Notes under the pieces: generated by a model | What the model was told of the DNA's origin: nothing | Database searches by the model: none | The model's input: the letters and a program-made list of their open reading frames with translations, nothing else | Source of the DNA: a virus | Lineage: Duplodnaviria > Caudoviricetes | DNA: 40,568 bases | Direction: 5' to 3' (one strand) | IMG/VR virus record: IMGVR_UViG_3300037507_001618 | Span: 1 to 40,568 of that record | Shown here: piece by piece, positions 7,701 through 16,777 of the stretch | How the letters are laid out: each line of letters starts with the position of its first letter | Position numbering within the stretch: position 1 is the stretch's first letter | Position numbers and translations under genes: made by a program

Positions 7701-10700
7701 GTGCCGCCTTGACGAGCAACGGCAACGTGATACCAAGCGTTCGTCGTAATTCCTGTTTTGATATTATAACCTGCCCATTGAAGACTTGTGCTTGTATAAT
7801 AAACATAATAACTTTGATCAATCCAAATCAGACCTGTTCCACCTCCAGAACCTTGGGGATTAAACCAAAACTCAATTTGGAAATCTCCATATCTAAATGA
7901 GAAGTCGATTCCAGAATCTGCAAACGCAGCATTATTTGAAAAATACCAAGACTTGGTGCCATACTTGAATGTTGTTCCAACACCAACAGGAGCAGAACGT
8001 AATGAATAACTTCCTGCTGGAATTGAGGTTGCAACACTTACAACTCGATCAGTTGCCCCAGTGCCAGTAATGTATGGATCATTGAAATAGGCAGATTGTG
8101 TTTGTGTAATATCATATGTGGTTGTAATTCCAGAAATCGTAATAATATCATTTTTAAGAGAATTCCTAGCAGGGAATTGTTCTGAAGTTACAACAATATT
8201 ATTACCATCTACATAACTTGCTCCAGTAAATTGCTTATAACCTGGTCTACACAACCTCATTGAATTGTCAAGATTTGCCAAAGAAGTTGTAACTCCGAGT
8301 TGATAATAAGATCCATTTGTTGTAGTATCATAACCGATAATATACCATTTGCTACCATCATTTTTAACTTTGGTAATTTTTCCAGATTTTTCTACAATAG
8401 ATCCAAGATTTAAACCAAAGTCAACCCAATTATGTCTGCTTGTATTAATTCCAGTTGTAGGAATTCCTGTAGCATAATTTATCGCCAGATCTCCATATCC
8501 ATTATAAGTTCCATAAGAATTTGACATCAAAAACTCATTTGTAGAAGTGCTATATCCGATTGACTGTCCTCCAGTCCAAGGAATCGTTAAAGAACCAGAA
8601 GAAGGATATTGCCACAATTCTCCAGAAGAACCGTGCCAAAGGTTTTTAAACTCATCTTCTCCACCATTATTTGAAAAGAAAGTATGATTATAGCTGGGAG
8701 CAGAATACTCCCCAGTAACTACTACCGTTGATCCTGCACCAACAATGTCATAAAAATATGTTGATTGTGCAAGATAATAAGATCTTATGCCGACATTTGT
8801 GTATGCGTTTCCACTGGCATTCCTAGGACGACGAGAACCAACGGTCCAATCATAACCATTTGTAGAAATTCCAATATATCCATAATCACCAATCACGACA
8901 AAATTATCTTGAAATACTAATGCCTGTGTCGTCACACTTGTAATATCTGGTAATCTAATGATATTATCAATTGGATCCTTAGGTGCATATGCTTGATAAT
9001 TTGTATTAGCATTATTCAAATTAGCAAGAATGCTAAGATTTTTATAATTTGAATCTCCAACTGCTGTTAAAGGTGTTGTTGGTGGCGTTATATTGAAAGT
9101 TGATTTATCAAATTTTAAGGAAGTTTGTCCATTTGACCCACCAAAAGTTGCAGCAAAGGCAACATATTGTTTTAATGGATCTGTATTAATATCATAAGCA
9201 GCGGTTGGAGTTTGGAATGTAATTCCTGCGCCAACGGTGTATTTGGATGTACCATTGTAAATAATAAAGTCAGATATATATCCACTTAAAGGGTTGCTGT
9301 TAGTGTGTCTAGAATTTCCAAGTCTTATATCTGTTGATGTTGAAGGATTAGTTGTACTGTTTGTTCCTGTACCAATACCAATACCATTTCTATAATAATG
9401 AAGAGTAGAACCAGATCTAATTAAAGCATAGTGAGCCCATTGAGATGCAAGATATTGTCCCCCAAAACTTCCAGATGTTGTAGTTGTTCCTGGAATATAC
9501 CAAGAATCACTTCTGAATAAAAATCCATTGTCATAAGTACCATACTCAAAGAAAGTTTGACCGCTACTATAATAACCCCAAAATTCAATACAATAATCTC
9601 CACCCAAAGGTGGTAATGCACTACCAGTTGTTGCCTTTGTTATTCCTCCACCTACGGATAAACTTGTTGATTGATATTTTGTTTGTGTTGTGCTTAAAGC
9701 AGCACTTTCATCAAGTGGTCCTGTTAAAATACCAACATTCTGTGTATATGGTGCCTTGTTATTATAAATTCTAAAGTCTTGAAGATGACCTTTAAAAAAG
9801 TTTGTTAAATTATAATCACAACCAATATATCGATAATTTACTCCATTCCCATTTTCTCTATAAAAATTAGAATCCGATACTGAAGCTCCTGCTTGAGATC
9901 CATCAATAAACATCTTGGTTGATCCAGATTGTCTTGTAATTAATACGTGGTACCAAGTATTTGCAGATGAAATTGTAGTAGATATAATGTTACTATTATT
10001 TGCATTGTAATAAAGAGTAGAACCTGTGGTGTAAATGTAAGGATATGGTCCTGTTGTTCCAGGTCTACCATCGTAAATAACTTGTGTTCCAGTTAAAGAA
10101 TCAAATCGAACCCAGAACTCAATACTAAATTCTCCTGTGCCAAAAACATACGAAGAATTTCTTGGGTCAGAATATCTTAAATAAGTAATTCCATTAAAGT
10201 AAGTTGATCCAGATCCAAATTTACTTGTTGTTCCTATGCCGATACTAGTATAATTTTTATTTAATGAATTATGAAGTCTAAATGTTGTTGTTGTAATTCC
10301 AACTTTTTCTTTTCCATAATATTGATAAGGTATATGAGGTATTGTAGTCGTATCAATTCCTGCAGTTCCAGTTGTATTAAAATTAGCAAGAATTTCAAGG
10401 TTATTAACATTCGTATCCCCAATTCCAGTTAAAGATGTAGGTCTTGTAAAGTTTGTTGTATAACCACAATAACCATTATAAACTCTCAACCCATTCATAT
10501 GACCATTTAATGGATTAGATGTGCCATCATTCTGGAAACCAATAGACACTTGAGCACCACTTGAGTTATATGAAATATAATCATTTGTATCAGTATAATT
10601 ACTGCCAGTTTGTGTGCCGTTCAAGAACATTTTGGTGACACCATTTGATCTGGCAACGGCAATATGATACCATTGATTTGCACTTAACGTTGATCCAGTA

Positions 10701-13700
10701 ATTTGTGCAGCACTATTAACAAAATAAGTTAAAGCACCAGCATTCGTATAAATTAGTGGATAAACACCATTTGTTTGTGGTCTTTGATCCCACAACACTG
10801 TTGTTCCTACAGTATTAAAGCGAACCCAAAATTCAATTGTAAAGTCATTAGTTCTAAATGAAAGATCATTTCCAGCATATCTTAATCCACCTGTTCCATT
10901 GAAATATGCAGAACCTGTTCCATACGCAGAAGTAGTGGCAACACCAACAACACTGTTGTTTACAAAATAATCAACACTTAAGGTATTAGCACTACCAACA
11001 TTTGCATACATAAAATTAGTGGCAATACCAACTTTACCACCAGATGCGATTACATATACATCATTGCCATCAACTTTTTTAGTAGCTATTCCTTTTACAG
11101 GATTTGTATAATTAATTTCTCTTGCACCAGTTGCATTGCTTGCTAAAACTTCATTCCACTGCGATTCTCCCGTTGGAAAATACTTTGCATAACCTTTATA
11201 AACTTGGAAATCTTGAATATAACCAAGGAAAGCGTTTGAACCATTCCAATAGTTTCCAATTCTCATTCCTGGACCATCATATCTATTAGTATCAGTATAA
11301 ACTCCTTGTATCTTTCCGTTTTGATAGAGTCTTGTAACTCCATTTTTTCTACAAAGAGCAACGTGATTCCATTTGTTTAGATTACTTCTTCCTTGTAAAT
11401 CTAGTCTTGGATCAGTTGTAATTCCAAGAGCAGCATTAGAACCAAAATTAGCCCCACCTATATTTTGCCCGTAAATTCTAGCAGCACCATTTAAAATAAA
11501 GGAGACAGGTGATCCAAGACCCTCAAGACTATAAAGTGCTGGTCGAATACGAGTATTATTATCTACTCTTCCATCAAATAGATACTCATTGCCAGACGTA
11601 TCAGTTGTATTCTTGTAATACATACACTCAATCGTGTAGTCATCAGTGCCAAAATAGAAGGCAGTAGATGCAGTTCCAGTAATCGCAGATGTTGTGCCAT
11701 TGAAGAGTGCTATACCTCTTTGGGCTTTAGATTGATAAGTAATTGTGGTTTGCCCATTTGTTCCGGAGAATGATGCTGCTAAAGCAACATTTGTGGAATA
11801 AGGATCTGAACTTGCTGAAACATAAGACGTTGGAGGACTAAAGGTGACTCCAACTCCTGATGCTGATGAATTATATTTTGCAACATTATACATTCTAAAG
11901 TCTTGAATGTATCCATAATGTGCAGCATTAGTTCCATCATATGTGCTAATGTAAGCTGACCAAGTAAGATTGGTATAAGAACCACTTGATGTAAATGTGC
12001 TTACTCCAACACCATTTCGATAAAGTCTAAAAGTTGTTCCTTTTCTTTCAACCGCTAAATGTGTCCAGGTGTTATTAGAAACTGATCCCCAACTTACTGC
12101 TTCTACAACATTCCAATTACCTCCTGTAGTAGAAGAATAATAATACCAAATACCACTTGCTCTATAGAACATATGCTCACCATAACCATTTCCTGGAGCA
12201 CCCATACATATGACGTAACGGTTTCCAGTATCTAAAGCATTAAACCAACCTTCAATTGTAAAATCTGCAGTTCCTATTCCAGCAAGAGGATTTGATGACA
12301 GCGATAGACTATCACCCGTGCCATCAAAGTAGGCACTACTAGTTCCATAAGCAAATGATGCTGTTGAGATTTGAGTATTACCAGCAACAGTAAAATTACT
12401 ATTTGTAATTACAGTAGAACCAATGCCAGCATTAACGCCATAAAGATAAGTCGCAATACCAGCACTGTTTGTTGCGCTACTAGCAACACTTACAGATGTA
12501 TTAGTAAGTGTCGTGGCAGTTGTTCCAATACCAGCAGATAAGGCAGCAGTATTTACATGAGTGATTGAAATATCAGGATTTTCTGTGTTTAAAGGAGCAG
12601 AGAATGTTAGATACTGGAAGTAATCTGCAAGTGGTGGTGGTGTGAAATTTGCTGTATATTTTGCGTATCCTTTGTAAACACGAGTATCATTTAAATATCC
12701 TTGGAAGTATTCACTTGCGGCACTTGTTCCAACATAAGAAACATTATTTGTTTGTGCTCCACTAATAGGAATTCCAGTATTCGTTAGTGGTTGATCTACT
12801 CCATCAACATATATCTTAAATGATGATCCAGACCTAACCCAAGCAATATGGTGCCAAGTATTGAGACTAATATCAGGTGCATATAAACCATAATTGCCAG
12901 CTCCAGGTCTTGAACTTGCACCAAAAATTGCATTTGCACTACCAGTAGTATCATAAAGACCGGCAATATGAATTAAAGAACTGGTATAAATGAATGCTGG
13001 ATTATCTTTTCCAGATTCAGTTGGATAAACCCAGGTTTCGTATGTGAAATCACCTGTTCCCACATCGATATTAGTGAAACTTAAATAATCATCGGTCCCA
13101 TCAAAAGACGCAGAACTTCCATAATACTTACTGACTGTTGTAGAGATTCCAACACCATTATTGTTGGTTACAGTCTTGTTAAATGAACTTCCATTATAAG
13201 AAGTCATAATACCAGAAATATCAGTCGTCGTTCTTGCGGTATTCAGTGGTAAAAACAATACAAGACTATCTGGTTCTAAAGAGTTATTTGGATTGACTGG
13301 AACTTGAATTCTGTCAATCACTGATGCAGGATTATTTGTTACACAAACTTTACCATTAGCATATCCAGAAGTATATCGTCCACTTGTAACAATGCCACAA
13401 GTCATGTAGGTTGCACCAGACGCTCTTAATGATGATAAAGTAGTATCTCCAATTCCCGTTGAATACCAGTTTTCACCATCTTGTGATACCTCTACATAAG
13501 CACCATTTGTCGAATTGTATTTACCCATTACAAAATAATCAGTGCTTCCTATGCCAGAATAAACAAAAGAAGTATAATTATTAAAAATAGAATTTTCTGT
13601 TTCGTGATCTCCTGCTTTCCATGATGTGCCACCGTCAGTTGAAATTGCTACAGCATTATGTAAGTATGCACTCCGACTACCCCAATCATAAGCAATTACC

Positions 13701-15679
13701 CACCTATTTTTCCCAGCATTATAGGATGATGCTATTGGAGAATAATATGTGTAATCATTAGTGCTTCCACCTTTCAAGTATGAATTATATAAAACTGCCA
13801 TATCTGGTTTTTGGAATGTGGCAGTATTATCTACTTGAGAACCAGAAACCATTGCAGAGGTATAACCAAATCCAACATTCCTTTCACCACCACCGTGCCC
13901 CAAGTTAGTATAAGTTGCAAAGTCAGTTGTAATTGCAACTCTTGAGATTTGAGAGGAAGATTGATAATGAGCAGTAATAATTTTCTTGTTGTCTGGTCCA
14001 GCAGAAATATGGTTTGGTGTATATGCCGCAAATAAAGTTTTAATTCCAACAGGTCCGCCAGAAGAAGTTTTAACTTCATTCCACTTCATATATGAACCAG
14101 AAAAAGAAACACTTGTACTAAAAGCAACTGGAATATAAGTATAATTGCTATATCCACCCGTACCTTTCATTACAACAAGTCGATCTGTTAATGCAATTCC
14201 TGCTTGAGATCCTTGTGGAAAACTCCAACCAGGAATATTACTATTGGTTGGATCCGCCTGTTCATTTATAATATTGGCAAACTCCGCATTAGCAACTTGT
14301 CTCCAACTTGATGGATCAGTAATATTTGTCGTAAATCCTATATTACCTGTTGATGCAACATACCATTTAGATGTTGCCGAATGATAATAAATCTTATAGT
14401 TATAATCATCATTCATGAAGGATGCAAAATCTACATTTCTTGAATAACTTGCTACTCCAACATTTCCATAAAAGTCTGGTGCTAATCTAGCATTCGTCCA
14501 ATTCGATAAGTTTGTTGAGTATGCAAGTCGATTAATTCCAGAAATAACATAATAACCTTGCCCATAATCAATTGACCAAATTCTTGATGTATTATTTGTA
14601 GTTCCCCAGTTAATGCCTGCTGTCTTAATTCCTACAGATACATCACTCCAAGTTACTGCATCATCGGAAGCATATAAGAATCCATCATTCGTTCCAGCAA
14701 AATACTTATTGTTTTTCTTTTCTACAAGAGTAAAATTTTTACCAGATAAAAGTTGAGACTGTAATAAATCTAAATTAGTGGTGCTTACTGTTCTTAAAAG
14801 AGCAGTTGTGATGCCTACAAGATAATATCCAAATGGTGTGAGTGAATTTGCTGCCGCATTTCCATTTATAGTGATTGTGAAATTATTGGAACTTGCGTCA
14901 GTGATTGTTGATGGACTTTGGCAGGTTAATAATACAGTATTAGTGACTGCTGTGAGCGGAGAAATTGGTGGGGTAAAAATAAAATCTCCAACTGTTGTGG
15001 AAGAAGTTTGATACGCAGTAGGAATTGATCCATTAACAAATCGATAGTTGGATATATTTCCCTGAAAAGGTTCCCCAGATCTATAAGGGGTATATCCCTG
15101 CATACCAATTCTTACAGGTTCTGTTGGATTTGGAAGAGTATAACTAGTAGAACTAAAGGCACTTAAAACTCCATTAACAAACAATCTAGTGCCAGTTGAA
15201 TTTCTTGTAACTGCAACATGCTGCCAAGAATTTGTCGTTAAAACATTTGATGCTGTGATAGAAACTGTACCAGTGGGCACAAATCCGTCAGTATCATAAG
15301 ACCAAACAAGATTATTAGAATTATTTGCTACAAACTGCCATACACCACTGTTCCCACTATCTCCCCATTGACATGCAATTACTGAAGATGTATTTGTATA
15401 ACCTGTTGGGTATATCCATGCTTCCATACAGAAGTCATTACTTCCGATGGTAAAAATATTATTATCCAAAATGGATAAATTATCACCACTCCCATCAAAA
15501 CTTACACTACCTCCTACACTTGCCTCAATGGCATCATTAATCGTAGTAGGTGAAGTAGTATTAAATCCTGCTAATCCATCAACGTAATTACTCCCAACTC
15601 CAAATCTTCTAAAATTTTGAAGTCTTTTTCCTTTATCGTTAAAATTAACTGATGTAAGAATATTACCTTTAAAGAGCAT
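4781..15679 (-). CDS. giant (3632 aa) virion/adhesin protein with ~10 LamG/ConA-like domains, a PA14-like domain and beta-propeller-like blades
   Basis: Repeated S-x-x-FDG...DFTIExW...WxHxAxxR...GYIQDxRxY units; SxDGxxW blades; EGYFKPTVSGIHTF...YYPIK segment (~7050-7370). Confidence 0.85.
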   Translation of the reverse strand: MLFKGNILTSVNFNDKGKRLQNFRRFGVGSNYVDGLAGFNTTSPTTINDAIEASVGGSVSFDGSGDNLSILDNNIFTIGSNDFCMEAWIYPTGYTNTSSVIACQWGDSGNSGVWQFVANNSNNLVWSYDTDGFVPTGTVSITASNVLTTNSWQHVAVTRNSTGTRLFVNGVLSAFSSTSYTLPNPTEPVRIGMQGYTPYRSGEPFQGNISNYRFVNGSIPTAYQTSSTTVGDFIFTPPISPLTAVTNTVLLTCQSPSTITDASSNNFTITINGNAAANSLTPFGYYLVGITTALLRTVSTTNLDLLQSQLLSGKNFTLVEKKNNKYFAGTNDGFLYASDDAVTWSDVSVGIKTAGINWGTTNNTSRIWSIDYGQGYYVISGINRLAYSTNLSNWTNARLAPDFYGNVGVASYSRNVDFASFMNDDYNYKIYYHSATSKWYVASTGNIGFTTNITDPSSWRQVANAEFANIINEQADPTNSNIPGWSFPQGSQAGIALTDRLVVMKGTGGYSNYTYIPVAFSTSVSFSGSYMKWNEVKTSSGGPVGIKTLFAAYTPNHISAGPDNKKIITAHYQSSSQISRVAITTDFATYTNLGHGGGERNVGFGYTSAMVSGSQVDNTATFQKPDMAVLYNSYLKGGSTNDYTYYSPIASSYNAGKNRWVIAYDWGSRSAYLHNAVAISTDGGTSWKAGDHETENSIFNNYTSFVYSGIGSTDYFVMGKYNSTNGAYVEVSQDGENWYSTGIGDTTLSSLRASGATYMTCGIVTSGRYTSGYANGKVCVTNNPASVIDRIQVPVNPNNSLEPDSLVLFLPLNTARTTTDISGIMTSYNGSSFNKTVTNNNGVGISTTVSKYYGSSASFDGTDDYLSFTNIDVGTGDFTYETWVYPTESGKDNPAFIYTSSLIHIAGLYDTTGSANAIFGASSRPGAGNYGLYAPDISLNTWHHIAWVRSGSSFKIYVDGVDQPLTNTGIPISGAQTNNVSYVGTSAASEYFQGYLNDTRVYKGYAKYTANFTPPPLADYFQYLTFSAPLNTENPDISITHVNTAALSAGIGTTATTLTNTSVSVASSATNSAGIATYLYGVNAGIGSTVITNSNFTVAGNTQISTASFAYGTSSAYFDGTGDSLSLSSNPLAGIGTADFTIEGWFNALDTGNRYVICMGAPGNGYGEHMFYRASGIWYYYSSTTGGNWNVVEAVSWGSVSNNTWTHLAVERKGTTFRLYRNGVGVSTFTSSGSYTNLTWSAYISTYDGTNAAHYGYIQDFRMYNVAKYNSSASGVGVTFSPPTSYVSASSDPYSTNVALAASFSGTNGQTTITYQSKAQRGIALFNGTTSAITGTASTAFYFGTDDYTIECMYYKNTTDTSGNEYLFDGRVDNNTRIRPALYSLEGLGSPVSFILNGAARIYGQNIGGANFGSNAALGITTDPRLDLQGRSNLNKWNHVALCRKNGVTRLYQNGKIQGVYTDTNRYDGPGMRIGNYWNGSNAFLGYIQDFQVYKGYAKYFPTGESQWNEVLASNATGAREINYTNPVKGIATKKVDGNDVYVIASGGKVGIATNFMYANVGSANTLSVDYFVNNSVVGVATTSAYGTGSAYFNGTGGLRYAGNDLSFRTNDFTIEFWVRFNTVGTTVLWDQRPQTNGVYPLIYTNAGALTYFVNSAAQITGSTLSANQWYHIAVARSNGVTKMFLNGTQTGSNYTDTNDYISYNSSGAQVSIGFQNDGTSNPLNGHMNGLRVYNGYCGYTTNFTRPTSLTGIGDTNVNNLEILANFNTTGTAGIDTTTIPHIPYQYYGKEKVGITTTTFRLHNSLNKNYTSIGIGTTSKFGSGSTYFNGITYLRYSDPRNSSYVFGTGEFSIEFWVRFDSLTGTQVIYDGRPGTTGPYPYIYTTGSTLYYNANNSNIISTTISSANTWYHVLITRQSGSTKMFIDGSQAGASVSDSNFYRENGNGVNYRYIGCDYNLTNFFKGHLQDFRIYNNKAPYTQNVGILTGPLDESAALSTTQTKYQSTSLSVGGGITKATTGSALPPLGGDYCIEFWGYYSSGQTFFEYGTYDNGFLFRSDSWYIPGTTTTSGSFGGQYLASQWAHYALIRSGSTLHYYRNGIGIGTGTNSTTNPSTSTDIRLGNSRHTNSNPLSGYISDFIIYNGTSKYTVGAGITFQTPTAAYDINTDPLKQYVAFAATFGGSNGQTSLKFDKSTFNITPPTTPLTAVGDSNYKNLSILANLNNANTNYQAYAPKDPIDNIIRLPDITSVTTQALVFQDNFVVIGDYGYIGISTNGYDWTVGSRRPRNASGNAYTNVGIRSYYLAQSTYFYDIVGAGSTVVVTGEYSAPSYNHTFFSNNGGEDEFKNLWHGSSGELWQYPSSGSLTIPWTGGQSIGYSTSTNEFLMSNSYGTYNGYGDLAINYATGIPTTGINTSRHNWVDFGLNLGSIVEKSGKITKVKNDGSKWYIIGYDTTTNGSYYQLGVTTSLANLDNSMRLCRPGYKQFTGASYVDGNNIVVTSEQFPARNSLKNDIITISGITTTYDITQTQSAYFNDPYITGTGATDRVVSVATSIPAGSYSLRSAPVGVGTTFKYGTKSWYFSNNAAFADSGIDFSFRYGDFQIEFWFNPQGSGGGTGLIWIDQSYYVYYTSTSLQWAGYNIKTGITTNAWYHVAVARQGGTTRLFWDGTETFSYTDSVSYVSNSTYGRSFGARADGYSPGASNYYLDDIRIYNGYCGYTTNFTPPTSQLSIGISSFRDKIAFFSNCEDGNYTKMIDNYYITGKDYVTNLSNYYPRLTDTSGNVYSWNTTIEGYFKPTVSGIHTFSMYSYLNGTFWFDGSPVTSTVYNQTRYFTTQSLSTSTYYPIKYIARDLASGLRLQLQYINSSTSTYTGDFSKVGFATAGIGTVGLNVFNVPYYTIGDLTTPAYRHRKIRGILKGDNSYVYYGDRGFVGYSTNNINVRNFREESYRGTDFTAVGIGQSIYNIFGLNDIRVGIYTNGYYVLGSNGSSVAELGISTNGLEWSDRGTFVSSILDGNIGRNFESIGITSSNKFIVSIASTNANILGITTDFVSYTSNRNAGVAGTSTFTNVGAAISTGQSKFGNGSLWIKPTGNQTSYVQAAFTNTVAGDYTMEWWQYRTGTTYGFIGFEWGTYSDSILNRGDTWYLTGGSGGVGGSGSVDQTLNTWKHHALVRNGSTVTYYVDGVGSVLTTGGAGTFNPANDTFRIGAPQWAGGNWAGNINDFIFYNGVAKYTSNFTPPSTQYDIATDPYKGSVMFAAPFTGAVDGATSIIYYTTPVGTAKTAFVGLTSVSAVGGIGTVNVIANKRGQLFYTDDSLSGLTSVGFSTNRLTISTFNTITGDTVVSTASSAYGGSSAYFDGTTDNLIVSIDPFANLGTGDFTIEGWFNALDAGGGSGRWVVSSGVSAAVADHLIYRYNGFWYYYSSTDGGSWNISNGQSFGSVSNNTWAHLAVEKKGSTFRLYRNGVGITTFTANPAYSGVRPLYIGSRLGNSQSHYGYVQDLRMYDLAKYNSSASGIGVTFSPPTSYVSAANDPNSIVFSAPFNSTYGLNYYESSNKHPSYFGNNPVNKFVKTPQYLIGIATGGYVGFTTDGFNWSVSNGFNGNVTDVAYNGITTDPKYTVVTENGQIYISGIN
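5103..5650. repeat. intragenic duplicate of ~11821-12365 (one LamG domain)
   Basis: Long near-identical stretches, e.g. cataagacgttggaggactaaaggtgactccaa.tcctgatgctgatgaattatattt in both. Confidence 0.85.
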
Positions 15680-15694
15680 TGTTACTACCTATAA

Positions 15695-16153
15695 TTAACG
15701 AGCATCAGCAATTGATAATGTTCCTCTTACATTTGCTCCCGCATCTGTAGAAACAAAGGTAAGAATATCAGTCCCAGAAGAAACTAGAGTTGGAGATACA
15801 CCCCCTGGCCATTTAATTCCGCTTCCCCAACTAATCGTATAAGCACCACCGTTAGTAAGTTCTAGTGTCGCAAAGTATGCACGATTTGTAGCTATTCCAG
15901 AAAAAGAAATTGTTCCATTTCCTGTGGCAGTATATTTAAAATAGTTTGCAGTTGCTGCGTTTAAAGTTGTGGTTCCATTTACGTTTCCTGTGACGATTCC
16001 TACAACTTCAGCACCAACAATATCATAAGATGTGACAGGATTTGTGGTTCCAATACCAAGTCTACCTGCACTTGTAACAGTCATATTAATGCTGCTGGTG
16101 CTTAAACCAACTTCCAACTTTCCAAATACTTGTGTATCAAGTAACTGTGCCAT
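15695..16153 (-). CDS. short tail-fibre-type protein
   Basis: GRLGIGTTNP motif; C-terminal TISWGSGIKWPGG...DILTF motif typical of fibre domains. Confidence 0.7.
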   Translation of the reverse strand: MAQLLDTQVFGKLEVGLSTSSINMTVTSAGRLGIGTTNPVTSYDIVGAEVVGIVTGNVNGTTTLNAATANYFKYTATGNGTISFSGIATNRAYFATLELTNGGAYTISWGSGIKWPGGVSPTLVSSGTDILTFVSTDAGANVRGTLSIADAR

Positions 16154-16171
16154 TCTTATCTTTATTTTTAG

Positions 16172-16759
16172 TTATTTATCGCAAATTACATTGAATGATA
16201 AACTAATTCTTTCAACATCAACAGGAAGAGTGCCGTGCAAAGATCCACTCATAAAAAGAATTAATCTTCCATCAATTGACTCATAACGACAATCTGTTTG
16301 ATTGAACTCTGTTTGATTCTCAATGAATGGCAAAGATGGTTGTGTATTTAAATTTGGACTTCTAAAGTAAAAATCTTTCTGATTACTTCCAGTAATATAA
16401 AGAACACCCGACATCATACTATCGTGATGAATATGAGGTTCTTGTAAATATCCTGGTTCATAATAATTTAACCAAGAACCACTTAACTTGTATGTTTTAG
16501 TCGAATCAAAACTCATAAAGCGAATGTAGTCGCTAATGCCTTGAACGACATAATTTCGAATGTTTAAAAATTCTGGTAGTTCTAAGATTCGATCAAACGT
16601 ATCAACTGTTGTCAAACATTTTGTAATAAAAGAGTGTCTCCCGTGTTGATGACAAAGTTCCTTTGACAACTCTTTAAGTTCTTTTGTGATAAGATTTGAA
16701 TTATCTTTATGATAAACAACTGTCGGAAATAATGGAGTAATAATTGCAGATTCACTCAT
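16172..16759 (-). CDS. 2OG-Fe(II) oxygenase family protein (TIGR02466-like)
   Basis: SWLNY...PHIH...SGVLYI...GRLILF...LHGT...RISLSFN: HxH...H iron ligands and the RxS 2OG motif. Confidence 0.88.
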   Translation of the reverse strand: MSESAIITPLFPTVVYHKDNSNLITKELKELSKELCHQHGRHSFITKCLTTVDTFDRILELPEFLNIRNYVVQGISDYIRFMSFDSTKTYKLSGSWLNYYEPGYLQEPHIHHDSMMSGVLYITGSNQKDFYFRSPNLNTQPSLPFIENQTEFNQTDCRYESIDGRLILFMSGSLHGTLPVDVERISLSFNVICDK

Positions 16760-16777
16760 AAAATAAACATTATAGCA

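Noticed and set aside
5103-12365. Duplicated LamG segments as a DGR template/variable repeat pair
   Set aside because: Both copies are coding, differences include indels and are not adenine-specific, and there is no reverse transcriptase in the window.
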